Shown here one piece after another: positions 20,382 through 30,113 of a stretch of DNA of 64,000 nt (position 1 is its first letter; every line of letters starts with the position of its first letter). Source of the DNA: an uncultured Bacilli bacterium. Its GTDB lineage: Bacteria; Bacillota_I; Bacilli_A; RF39; UBA660. The translations under genes were made by a program, and so were the position numbers. The stretch is from assembly GCA_934096555.1 (NCBI GenBank), contig CAKOMD010000001.1, forward strand, positions 27,474 through 91,473. The letters are read 5' to 3'. The notes under the pieces were generated by a model, which searched no databases, was not told where the DNA came from, and worked only from the letters and a program-made list of their open reading frames with translations.

Positions 20382-21440
20382 CTAAAATAATGTATAATTA
20401 ACATAAACAGAATTTGTAAATATCTGATATATATAAAACAAAAATAATGAAATATAAAATATTGGATACATGAATTTACGATATTTTAAATCCAAAGCCT
20501 CCAAATTATTTGGAATTAAAATTATAAATGAATAAGTAAAATATAAAACTATTCTTGCAACCAACCCTTGAGTAGTTGAAAGAATTTGAAATGGTAAAGC
20601 TAATAATAACATACCAACAAAGTATTTATTTTCATTTTTATTTATATCAAATTTTTTATTTATAAAGCATACACCAACTATTATTAAAAATATCAATAAA
20701 AGCATTGTATAGCCACTACCACTAGTATCACGATAGTCAAGGTATTGACTGTAAATTAATTCAGTTATAATATTAAGAATTGGATTTTTAATTATAAATA
20801 AAACTATGCATAAACTCATAAAGCGAAATATTTTATTAGTAGTAAATTTAATATGTTTAAATACTGGTAAAATTAAAAATACCAATGCTGTTTTATGAAA
20901 TAAACTAGCAATCATAACCATTGCAATATACCAAAGTAAACTTTTTTTATCCTTAGCTAACAATAGTGGAAAAGCACACAATAAAATTGATATAGCTAAA
21001 CACTGTCTTAATGTGCAAGTATAATAGATAAAATAATTAAAAGTTATAAATAAGAAAATACTTGCAAAATAATTTCTAGAATAATTTTTAATAAAGTTAT
21101 ATATACCTATCATAGAAAGAATTGAAATAACAAATACGTAAAATCTAAAATCGTAAAAAATAAAGCTTATAAATTTTGTGAACATTTTAAATCCCAACTC
21201 AAAATCGTAATGAAAATATAAATATTCTATAGTACTATTTTTAGTGGCCACAAAAAATTTATAATAATTAATCATGTCAAGTCCAACTTTAGGACCTCGT
21301 AATCCTAAAAATAAAGTTAAAATAATAATTATAGTTAAAAGGTATTGCCTATTGTTTTTGATATTAACTCCACATATTTTAAATATTAAGGATAATAAAG
21401 TCAAAGAAAGCAATAATATTATATATTCCAATACAATCAC
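20382..21440 (-). CDS. EpsG-family / Wzy-like polysaccharide polymerase (polytopic membrane protein)
   Basis: 352 aa with about 10 TM segments. LRGPKVGLDMINYYKFF is an EpsG-like motif. Confidence 0.55.
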   Translation of the reverse strand: MIVLEYIILLLSLTLLSLIFKICGVNIKNNRQYLLTIIIILTLFLGLRGPKVGLDMINYYKFFVATKNSTIEYLYFHYDFELGFKMFTKFISFIFYDFRFYVFVISILSMIGIYNFIKNYSRNYFASIFLFITFNYFIYYTCTLRQCLAISILLCAFPLLLAKDKKSLLWYIAMVMIASLFHKTALVFLILPVFKHIKFTTNKIFRFMSLCIVLFIIKNPILNIITELIYSQYLDYRDTSGSGYTMLLLIFLIIVGVCFINKKFDINKNENKYFVGMLLLALPFQILSTTQGLVARIVLYFTYSFIILIPNNLEALDLKYRKFMYPIFYISLFLFYIYQIFTNSVYVNYTLF

Positions 21441-21455
21441 CTCCCTATTGTAATA

Positions 21456-22490
21456 TTAGTTGTAATATAAATCTAATTCTTTTTTATATTTTTTTATATC
21501 GTTAATTTTGGTTGAATCATCATCTGCATTATTTGACATTTCCTGTAGTTCGCTGTCACTAGTAATTAATTCTACAATATAATTAATAAGTTCAGCATCA
21601 TTATCACTTAGAAAGCCATTAAATCCTTGCTTAATAAGTTCCTTCATACCATCAGTTGGCGTAGACACGATTGGTTTGCCCAAACATAGTGCCTCCAAAG
21701 CGCACATTGGTGTTCCCTCATATATCGAAGTTAAAAGCATGATTTTAGAGTTTTTAATATATACATACGGATTTGCTTGAAATCCCAAAAGAAAAATATT
21801 ATTATTTAATTTGTTTTCTTTAATGTACTCATTGAGTTCATCATACATTGGTCCATTTCCTACTATTGCTAGTTTTGCATTAGGAACCTTATCAGTAACA
21901 GATGCAAAAATACTCAAAAGTCTTTTAGGATTTTTTAATTCCACCAATCTTCCAACAAAAATAGCATCATATTTTTCGTCTATATCATTCTCTTTACTAT
22001 TATGAATAATCTTTTTTTTATCAACTACATTAATAAGAACACTACTTTTAGAACATACTTGCTTATAAAATTTATACTGATTTAAACTGCTATCAGAAAC
22101 CCAAAAGATATGTTCTACTTTTTTTACTGCAGCAAGAAAAAGTAATGATTTTAAAGATAATTTTCTCATATCTAGGCTGTTGCCATGAACATGTGAAATA
22201 ATCTTACACTTCTTAGAAAATAAACTAGCATAAATAGTAGCCTTTATATCATGTGCGTGTATAATATCGGGTTTAAATTCCATAATAGCCTTTTTTATAC
22301 TAGAATAACTTAATTTATCAAGAGGATAAAACTTTATATTTTTTTCTACCAATTTATCTTTTATTTTGCCATTTGGAGAGCAATAAATCATATCAATATT
22401 CTCATCATTTTTATACATATCAATAATTTGACATACCACGTTTTCAGCCCCAGAAAAAGAATCAGTAGCCAACAAATGCATAACTTTCAT
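21456..22490 (-). CDS. GT4 glycosyltransferase
   Basis: MKVMHLLATDSFSGAENVV...EGTPMCALEALCLGKPIVSTPTDG. Confidence 0.75.
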   Translation of the reverse strand: MKVMHLLATDSFSGAENVVCQIIDMYKNDENIDMIYCSPNGKIKDKLVEKNIKFYPLDKLSYSSIKKAIMEFKPDIIHAHDIKATIYASLFSKKCKIISHVHGNSLDMRKLSLKSLLFLAAVKKVEHIFWVSDSSLNQYKFYKQVCSKSSVLINVVDKKKIIHNSKENDIDEKYDAIFVGRLVELKNPKRLLSIFASVTDKVPNAKLAIVGNGPMYDELNEYIKENKLNNNIFLLGFQANPYVYIKNSKIMLLTSIYEGTPMCALEALCLGKPIVSTPTDGMKELIKQGFNGFLSDNDAELINYIVELITSDSELQEMSNNADDDSTKINDIKKYKKELDLYYN

Positions 22491-22496
22491 ATTTAT

Positions 22497-23606
22497 TTAC
22501 CTCTCATATATTTTAATAATTTCATCCAAAACAGAATCAAGCATATATTTATTTACTTCTTCCTTATTAGTTTGAATAAATTTTTCTGCCTTTTTCTTAT
22601 TTTTATATATTTTTTCTATTTTTTGAGCAAATTCATCAGCTCTATAGCTATCAACTAAATATCCATTTTTTCCATTCTTTATTAAATCTCTATTTCCCCT
22701 GCAATTAGTAGCAACTATTGGAAGGCCTACATACATTGATTCAATTATATTTATAGGAAGTCCTTCTCTTTTACTAGAAGAAACAGCCATATTTGAAATT
22801 CTCAAAAGTTGTGGAATATCTTTCCTATATCCTAAAAAACGCACATTATCAGCAATTTCATTTTGCTTTGCATATTCTTGAAGTTTGCCTTGTAATAAAT
22901 CATATCCAGGTAATAATAGTACAATATTTGATATTTTTTCTTTTAATATTTTAATAGTATTTAATAATAGTATTTGATTCTTATTATTGTTAATTTCTCC
23001 CGGAAAAATCAAAACAAAATTACTATCATCAATATTTAGTTCCTTACGCAATTTCTTTTTTTCACTTGCAGACATTTTAACATCAAACTTTTCTCTGCTT
23101 ATACCAATACCATGTACCTTATAAACCTTTGATTTCATCTTTTTCTTAGCGGTATCATAATCTTCATCATTTATAGTAATAATTGAATCAGTATATCTAG
23201 ATAAATATTTTTCCATTGGATAATAAAGTAACCAATTAATCAAAGGTGCGCCTTTATAAAAATGAAATCCATGTGCAGTATAAACTATTTTTGATTTAAA
23301 ATTTTTTATTCTACTAGCAGCCAATCTTGGAATTGCAGCACCAAAAGGTGTATGACAACTAATAAGTTCATAATCATTTTCAATCAATATTTTTTTAATT
23401 GTTTTATATGATCTAATTATATCCTTTATATTTAAACTTCTCGTAAAACAAACATCAAATTTTTTATCACAATAAGGAATTTCAATTCCTTGATCCTTTG
23501 ATGCAACATGAACTTCATATCCGTTTTCCTTAAAATATTTTAATTGAGGTATTAAAAACTTTATAAAAAACGAATCTAAATTTGCAGTAAATAAAACTTT
23601 TTTCAT
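22497..23606 (-). CDS. GT4 glycosyltransferase
   Basis: REGLPINIIESMYVGLPIVATNCRGNRDLIKNGKNGYLV. Confidence 0.75.
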   Translation of the reverse strand: MKKVLFTANLDSFFIKFLIPQLKYFKENGYEVHVASKDQGIEIPYCDKKFDVCFTRSLNIKDIIRSYKTIKKILIENDYELISCHTPFGAAIPRLAASRIKNFKSKIVYTAHGFHFYKGAPLINWLLYYPMEKYLSRYTDSIITINDEDYDTAKKKMKSKVYKVHGIGISREKFDVKMSASEKKKLRKELNIDDSNFVLIFPGEINNNKNQILLLNTIKILKEKISNIVLLLPGYDLLQGKLQEYAKQNEIADNVRFLGYRKDIPQLLRISNMAVSSSKREGLPINIIESMYVGLPIVATNCRGNRDLIKNGKNGYLVDSYRADEFAQKIEKIYKNKKKAEKFIQTNKEEVNKYMLDSVLDEIIKIYER

Positions 23607-23643
23607 TATAGCACTACTCCCTTATATATTACATTTAACCATT

Positions 23644-25095
23644 CTATTTATTTAAATGCCCTTTTATCTTTTCACTGGCAGTTTCCACAGATTTTTTATC
23701 TTGTTTCATTACATATAACTTTAAGTTTGGATATGTATAAGTTTCTTTAGTATACAAGTCCGTACCAATTAAATTCTGACTTTCTATGCTCCAGCCTCGC
23801 ATATCATTAAGTTGCATCTTTATAAATCTATTAATACTTTTAGTTTCCATATTTGTTGAAAAACTGTTTCCAACACTATCTAATATTTGTGAAAAATTAG
23901 TAACTAAAGTTGTCGAAGATGTAACTTTCTTAATAATTGCTGTAAGTACTTTCTGCTGATCTTTAACCCTCTGTACATCGCCATCTTTAAATGCATATCG
24001 CTCTCTTGCAAACATAAGCGCATGAAAACCATCCATATGATTATTTCCTTTTTTGTAGCAGATATCAGGCCTTCCATTAGCACAAAAGCTATAATCCGAA
24101 TAAACATCTACACCTTCTATTGCATCAATAACTCCTTCTATCGTAGAAAAATTAACCTTTACATAATAGTTAATATCAGTATCAAGTAAATTCTCTATAG
24201 TCTTAACAGACTCCTCAATACCATAATATCCAGCATGAGTAAGTTTATCATAGGCATCTTCGCCAAATGAAGGCAAATTAACATAATAATCTCTTGGTAT
24301 TGAAGTAAGTAATACTTTTCTATTAACAGGATCAACTGTAATAATCATATTAACGTCAGTATTAGTAACATTATCAATACTACCATAAGCATCCCCACCT
24401 GCTACATATATATTAAATGGTTTCTTAGTAATATCAACTACTTTTACTATATCCGTCTTTTCTATTTTAACATATACTTTATATATTTCCTTTAATTTAA
24501 GTTTCATATCAGCTAAATCAGTATCAAGTAAATTCTTCGTAGATTCATTAATTAATACAGCATCTATCTTATTATCTTGTAAATCTTCAAATAATTCCAC
24601 AACATTCTTATACTCTTTAGAAATATTCTTTATCTTTTTATTTAATTCATTACTAGCTTTAGTACTATTCTTAGAACTATATATGCCTATAGACTTACCA
24701 TTTAAATCTTTAATATCTTTATATTTAGAATTTTCTAAAGTCATAACATAATATACTTCTTTTTGAAGTAAATCTTTACTAACTAATCCAACAAAGTCCA
24801 TAGTATCATTCAAATACTTAATACCGACACCAAATATAGCACCAAAAAGTACTAAAAACATACAAGAACTAACCTTAAATTTATTCTTTATTTTCTTATG
24901 AAAGGAAGTAAAGAATAAATATAAATATAATAATCCAAATACTATATAAAAGATAATTAAATATTTAAATGGTATCATATCAAGTACATACAACATAATA
25001 CCAAATACTATAAATATAATCGTTGATATTATAGCTATTGTTCTAAAAAACCAAATACCCTTACCACTCTTTCTTTTCCTATTATTTTTCTTCAC
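23644..25095 (-). CDS. LytR-CpsA-Psr (LCP) family glycopolymer-peptidoglycan ligase
   Basis: There is an N-terminal TM helix. MIITVDPVNRKVLLTSIPRDYYV...YGIEESVKTIENLLDTDINYYVKVNFSTIEGVIDAIEGVDV matches the LCP core. Confidence 0.8.
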   Translation of the reverse strand: MKKNNRKRKSGKGIWFFRTIAIISTIIFIVFGIMLYVLDMIPFKYLIIFYIVFGLLYLYLFFTSFHKKIKNKFKVSSCMFLVLFGAIFGVGIKYLNDTMDFVGLVSKDLLQKEVYYVMTLENSKYKDIKDLNGKSIGIYSSKNSTKASNELNKKIKNISKEYKNVVELFEDLQDNKIDAVLINESTKNLLDTDLADMKLKLKEIYKVYVKIEKTDIVKVVDITKKPFNIYVAGGDAYGSIDNVTNTDVNMIITVDPVNRKVLLTSIPRDYYVNLPSFGEDAYDKLTHAGYYGIEESVKTIENLLDTDINYYVKVNFSTIEGVIDAIEGVDVYSDYSFCANGRPDICYKKGNNHMDGFHALMFARERYAFKDGDVQRVKDQQKVLTAIIKKVTSSTTLVTNFSQILDSVGNSFSTNMETKSINRFIKMQLNDMRGWSIESQNLIGTDLYTKETYTYPNLKLYVMKQDKKSVETASEKIKGHLNK

Positions 25096-25182
25096 AATAT
25101 CACTGTCCTACCAATAAAAAGTATAACACATTTCAAAGCCATAGTCTAGGTTAAAAAGGCTTTTTTAGCCAAATATCTACAT

Positions 25183-25210
25183 AAAAAGAACATTTTCATG
25201 TTCTTTTCTT
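25183..25210. terminator. Bidirectional rho-independent terminator
   Basis: An 8-bp perfect stem (AAGAACAT tttc ATGTTCTT) is flanked by T-runs on both strands, just 3' of the 1255-aa gene. Confidence 0.6.
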
Positions 25211-25211
25211 A

Positions 25212-28200
25212 TTATTTCAAGTAACTAAGTATCTTTGTTTTCGTAGGCATATCAGAAGAATATATACTAGATAATAAACTATTTTTATTAAATGGTACAT
25301 ATACTTTTTCTATATCATATCCGCCTATTTTCTTTTCTTTTAAAACTATATAGTATGCCATACTTTTCTTATTTTCTTCTAATTCTCCCATACCAGCTCC
25401 CCTTAAAGTATGAATATTAATATCATTAAGTTTATCTTCTAATGCAAAGTGAACATGTCCTTGAAATACTTCATCATATGAAGTAATAAGGTTTCCATCA
25501 AACATAGGAGTATTCTTACTAGATAAATATCCCTGTACCTTAGGATCATCAATACCATATTTATTTATCATATATTCTACTTCTTTATTATATTCATCAC
25601 TATTAGTAAATAAGAATTGATTAGCAGAATCTCCATTACCTATATTATCTTGATACATCCAAGTACTATGTTTATTAAAATCCCATCTAATATCATTACC
25701 AAAGTGACATAGTGCTATCTTCTTACCTCCAAGTAGTAAATCACAAGAAGGTTTATATAATTTTAAGTTATTAATATAACCCTGTACTTTATCATTAGTC
25801 CAATCTAAACCCTTTTCTCTTTCTTCATTCCAATAACTAAATGGACTACCACCAAAAGTTAAATAATATTCACTATTACCCATAATTTGTTTTACATTAT
25901 ATTTATCCATCAAATCAAGAACTTCTCTGGGATTAGGTCCAAGTGAGGTATTATCCCCTAGTGAATAGATTTCATTAATACCTCTATATCTAATATCTTC
26001 AAGTATTGCAATAGTAGGTTCATACATAGCATGAGTATCAGTAAATATAGCTACTTCTCTACCAGTATATATATCATTTTCTTTCTTAATGACTAGCTTA
26101 CTATCTATATACTTTCTAACTTCATCTAATTCTTTTATCTTATCTTCATCAATATATTTACCTTTTTTAGAAGTAAATACCCTCTTAGGATTGTCAATAG
26201 CGGTCTCTTTCTTTTGTGTAATAATAAATGGTAAATTATATTTATTATGATACATAATCTCTTCAGGAGTAGGTTTTCTACCATCCGCAAGTATAAGACC
26301 ACATGGTTTAAGACCCTCTCTATATAATAATGTTTCAGCATTTTGTACTTTTACTGAACTAGTCTCCAATATACCTCTTTGTTCTCTACTTCTTTCTGAT
26401 ACAATAGCACTATTTTTAGTTATCATACTATGATTACTTCCCATATTAGATAAAGAACTACATATAAAACTATTATTAGGTATAGTATCATACGCCAATA
26501 CACCATTACAATAATCATAATAATACTTCTGCCCCCTATAACTAATTGGACTAAAAGAAATAAAATTATTATTACCATTACTATATCCATTTACTAATTC
26601 TTCAATACTTTCTCTACTACTTATAACATGTGCATATAAAACATAATTTTTATCACTAAAATCAAAGACTTCGCCACCATAAATAGTCATATATTTTTCA
26701 TCATATATATTTGGTATTTTTCTTGCTTCTTCCAATGTTGTCAAATTATACATACTATCTAGTTCATATAACTTTCTAATTTTATCTTTAATAACTACAA
26801 TATTATTTATCATTCTATTAATCAAATTATTATCACCTTCTATATAAGAAACAACAATTCCAACTAATTCTTCTCTATCATTAGTGGTAACTAATTTATT
26901 AATAAAATCCATACTAGTAATAATCTCTTCAATTAAATAAACCATTTCTTTATTATCATTATTATCTTTTTGTAATATTTTTAATAAAGATGTATTACCT
27001 ACATTATCAAAAACTTCCCTATCAAGAGCTATAATACTATCAAAGAAAATATTTTTAATAGTATTAATATCAGTATACGTATTTAATATCTTATCTCTAA
27101 ATTTATTAAAATAATTCTTTTTTAATTCATTAAGTTCATATAAATTTAAAGGTATCTTTTCAGGAGATAATTTACCATTAAAAAGTAAATTTAAATTAAT
27201 TCTATCAATATTACTAAGTTTAATATTCTTATCAGTTATATCTAGCATTAGAGCATTATATATTCTATAATTTTTTATTATCATATTTAAATTAATTATT
27301 AAAGAAGCATTATTAAAATCATTATCAAAATAATTACTAAATAAATAATTTTTTACTTTAATAAAATTATTTATTTCATTATTATTAACAATATATATAA
27401 TATCTCCTATTAAGTTGTTGCAGAAGTCATAACTGCTATATTGAAAAAACATTTCTATACTCATATCAATACTATCAAAAAATAATTCTAGTTTTTTCAA
27501 TATATCTAACATATTTTCACTAATACAATATTTAGCTATTGTTTTACAATAATTAATCTTTTCACTACTTACACCAAACATCTTTAATATAGTATTTTGT
27601 ATATTTACTATAAATCCATTTTTAGAAGTACCATCACTATTCAAAAACTCTTTCAAAATATTTTTATCATACTTATTTAAAATTTCTTTAATAAGTACAC
27701 TATTTCTTTTACATATTTTATTTTGTATATTTGAAGAAAGAGAATTAAGAATATTAACATATTTATCATTTTTATTTTTATTATAAAGTAAATTATCCCA
27801 ATCAATATTAGTTAAAATACTTTTTATATAACTACTCTTATATTTTAATATAATATTAACAACATCTTTATTGTACTCATATTTCTTCAAAGTACTAACA
27901 ACATCTTCATCTAAAACCTTATTATTTATAGTACTAGCAATTAAATTATCATTATAATAATATGAAACAATATAATCAAAATATTTTTTAAAATCATATT
28001 CATTTAACATTTTAATTAAATCATCTAATCTACTATTAACAATAAATTCTTTAAATATTTCATTTTCTTCTCCATAGATAGATAATTTTTCCAGTACTTC
28101 ATCAATAGAAAATCTACTAATATATTTATTTAAATATTTATAATTATTATTAATTATAGTTTGTGCATATTCTCTAGGTAATTTTTTTACATTAAGAACT

Positions 28201-28979
28201 TTAATAGCTTTTCTTCTCCTTATATTATTAATAACTTTATTTATTTTAGGCTGATTAAATTCTAATATTGTATTAACCAAAGCTTCATTCTTATCTGATA
28301 AATAATAGACATCTCTAATATAATCAGCAGTAATATATCGTGATGTTTTCTTTAAAAGATTAGGTCTATATTTTTCTATAAACTCAACATTATCATACTT
28401 ACAATAATAAAAAGAAAGACTATTTACTAATTCTCTATTTGAAGTATTTAAAAGTACATAAAAAAACTTTATTTTTTTTCTAGATATAATATATTCTCTA
28501 CTTTTATCATTAGCGGCATCATTTAAAAGTGTCCCAAGTATATTAATACTAGATATGTTTTTCATAGTGCAATAATTTTTGAGTTTATCATTAATCATAT
28601 CGTCATTAAGTATTTGTATAATTCCTCTTGGATAGTCAAAATTTTTTTTTATAATATATCTTTTTAAATCTTCAGATATATTTTTCTTTAATAAAGCTTG
28701 TAATTCGTCATCATCAAATCCATATTTTAAAATATATTTCTTTATATATCTAGGAAACATATTATTATATAATAAATAACTTTCTATATTTTCATCTTTT
28801 TTTAAGTTTGAAAAGAAACTTCTTAATTTACGAGAGTTTTCAAAATAACTATAACTACTATTTATTTTTTTGCGTAAAAAATAATTTATTATTAACTTAT
28901 TACTATTAGAAACATTCTTATCAAGTAAAAGTGCCATTAGTTCTTTAATATCTTTTTTCTTTATATCATTTATTTTCAT
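25212..28979 (-). CDS. Very large (1255 aa) Asn/Lys-rich protein with a C-terminal calcineurin-like metallophosphoesterase domain
   Basis: The C-terminus has VAIFTDTHAMYEP...SLGDNTSLGPNP...GNSEYY...GHVHF, which covers the D-x-H, GD, GNH(E) and GH metallophosphatase motifs. The first roughly 900 aa have no motif I recognise. GAGGGG lies 8 nt before the ATG. Confidence 0.6.
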   Translation of the reverse strand: MKINDIKKKDIKELMALLLDKNVSNSNKLIINYFLRKKINSSYSYFENSRKLRSFFSNLKKDENIESYLLYNNMFPRYIKKYILKYGFDDDELQALLKKNISEDLKRYIIKKNFDYPRGIIQILNDDMINDKLKNYCTMKNISSINILGTLLNDAANDKSREYIISRKKIKFFYVLLNTSNRELVNSLSFYYCKYDNVEFIEKYRPNLLKKTSRYITADYIRDVYYLSDKNEALVNTILEFNQPKINKVINNIRRRKAIKVLNVKKLPREYAQTIINNNYKYLNKYISRFSIDEVLEKLSIYGEENEIFKEFIVNSRLDDLIKMLNEYDFKKYFDYIVSYYYNDNLIASTINNKVLDEDVVSTLKKYEYNKDVVNIILKYKSSYIKSILTNIDWDNLLYNKNKNDKYVNILNSLSSNIQNKICKRNSVLIKEILNKYDKNILKEFLNSDGTSKNGFIVNIQNTILKMFGVSSEKINYCKTIAKYCISENMLDILKKLELFFDSIDMSIEMFFQYSSYDFCNNLIGDIIYIVNNNEINNFIKVKNYLFSNYFDNDFNNASLIINLNMIIKNYRIYNALMLDITDKNIKLSNIDRINLNLLFNGKLSPEKIPLNLYELNELKKNYFNKFRDKILNTYTDINTIKNIFFDSIIALDREVFDNVGNTSLLKILQKDNNDNKEMVYLIEEIITSMDFINKLVTTNDREELVGIVVSYIEGDNNLINRMINNIVVIKDKIRKLYELDSMYNLTTLEEARKIPNIYDEKYMTIYGGEVFDFSDKNYVLYAHVISSRESIEELVNGYSNGNNNFISFSPISYRGQKYYYDYCNGVLAYDTIPNNSFICSSLSNMGSNHSMITKNSAIVSERSREQRGILETSSVKVQNAETLLYREGLKPCGLILADGRKPTPEEIMYHNKYNLPFIITQKKETAIDNPKRVFTSKKGKYIDEDKIKELDEVRKYIDSKLVIKKENDIYTGREVAIFTDTHAMYEPTIAILEDIRYRGINEIYSLGDNTSLGPNPREVLDLMDKYNVKQIMGNSEYYLTFGGSPFSYWNEEREKGLDWTNDKVQGYINNLKLYKPSCDLLLGGKKIALCHFGNDIRWDFNKHSTWMYQDNIGNGDSANQFLFTNSDEYNKEVEYMINKYGIDDPKVQGYLSSKNTPMFDGNLITSYDEVFQGHVHFALEDKLNDINIHTLRGAGMGELEENKKSMAYYIVLKEKKIGGYDIEKVYVPFNKNSLLSSIYSSDMPTKTKILSYLK

Positions 28980-29050
28980 AATATTCCCCTCAAAACAGCC
29001 ATTATTATATAAAAAAAGACATTAAATGTCAAATTTAATATCTTTTTCAA

Positions 29051-30085
29051 TCATTCCACTACTACAAATCCACTTGCTATAGGTCTTGTCTCTTCTCTAT
29101 TATCCCAGTTAAATGGATGATTAATAATCTTATCATTTACTACCATAACACTAGAATTACCGCCATCTAAATTTGAAGCATTATATGCATGATACCTAAG
29201 TAATATTTTTACTAAATCATTCATATCAGCACCTTTACTATTTAGACTTCTACCATCTATAACTAGAAATAATACTATACCATCTTTTCTCTGTGCGATA
29301 GCGGTTCTCGGATGGACTCCATACCCACCATTACCATTTATAAATGAACTCTTACCATTTACTATTAGAAATGGTCCAAATTCTACTGCATCTCTAATAC
29401 CCATTGCTATAGCTTCATTTGCACTAATTTTACCAAGATATAATTTATTATCATTAGTAAATCCAACAATCCCTCCGCCATAGTGGCTTCTTCCATAATT
29501 ACTTACTATTTTACCATTAGAAATTACTGTTCCGAGAGCTTGTCCACCATTACTTTTTCCTTCTATATCAACAAAACCGCCACCATTAATAGCAAGGACT
29601 GCTCCTTCTCTCTTAGCCATATCAACTAGATACTCTCCAGTAACTCCCAAATTCTTACTATAAGTAACTTTTATTTTTGAAGGGTCATACACCGCAGCTA
29701 AATATCCCGAATAACCATCTTCATCTATTTCAATAATCTTATACACATCATTCTTATTTCTATCCAGTATCTCTCTATCATAATCATCAATATATTCATT
29801 CTCATCAGCAGTAATTAAACTAGTATCGGTATCAAAGTCAGGTTCCACCGTACTATGATGTGATAATATTTCTTCTATTCTATCCATATTATAAAAGGTA
29901 GTGGCCAAATACTGATGATTCATTGTCCCCATCGCCGTTGTAACTAGCCAGTCTCTAAACCCATTATAAGGTCCATATAAAAGAAATAAAACCGTAATAG
30001 CTATAACATCACCAATAGATAGAATAATCATAAATATGTTATCTCTCTTCTTAGTATCTTTATCCTTCTTATCCTTATTTTCCAT
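29051..30085 (-). CDS. Phosphodiester glycosidase family protein (NAGPA/DUF2233 domain), membrane anchored
   Basis: There is an N-terminal TM helix, and the C-terminus carries NASNLDGGNSSVMVV, which is the NAGPA-domain DGGGSS signature. Confidence 0.6.
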   Translation of the reverse strand: MENKDKKDKDTKKRDNIFMIILSIGDVIAITVLFLLYGPYNGFRDWLVTTAMGTMNHQYLATTFYNMDRIEEILSHHSTVEPDFDTDTSLITADENEYIDDYDREILDRNKNDVYKIIEIDEDGYSGYLAAVYDPSKIKVTYSKNLGVTGEYLVDMAKREGAVLAINGGGFVDIEGKSNGGQALGTVISNGKIVSNYGRSHYGGGIVGFTNDNKLYLGKISANEAIAMGIRDAVEFGPFLIVNGKSSFINGNGGYGVHPRTAIAQRKDGIVLFLVIDGRSLNSKGADMNDLVKILLRYHAYNASNLDGGNSSVMVVNDKIINHPFNWDNREETRPIASGFVVVE

Positions 30086-30113
30086 ATTATACTTCCCAAC
30101 TACTATTATATTG

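Noticed and set aside
23904-24107. 67-aa and 68-aa minus-strand ORFs (23904-24107, 26135-26341) nested in other frames of larger genes, plus the 45262-45600, 45922-46137, 34430-34654, 34847-35119, 35453-35653 and 49777-49971 ORFs
   Set aside because: They overlap stronger coding regions in alternative frames and have no independent support.
28640-28656. Poly-T/A homopolymer tracts (8-10 nt) inside coding genes (for example 28645, 16905, 18140, 13520) as phase-variation switches
   Set aside because: Tracts of this length are expected at this AT content, and they lie at Lys/Phe codon runs. No evidence of slippage can be obtained from a single sequence.
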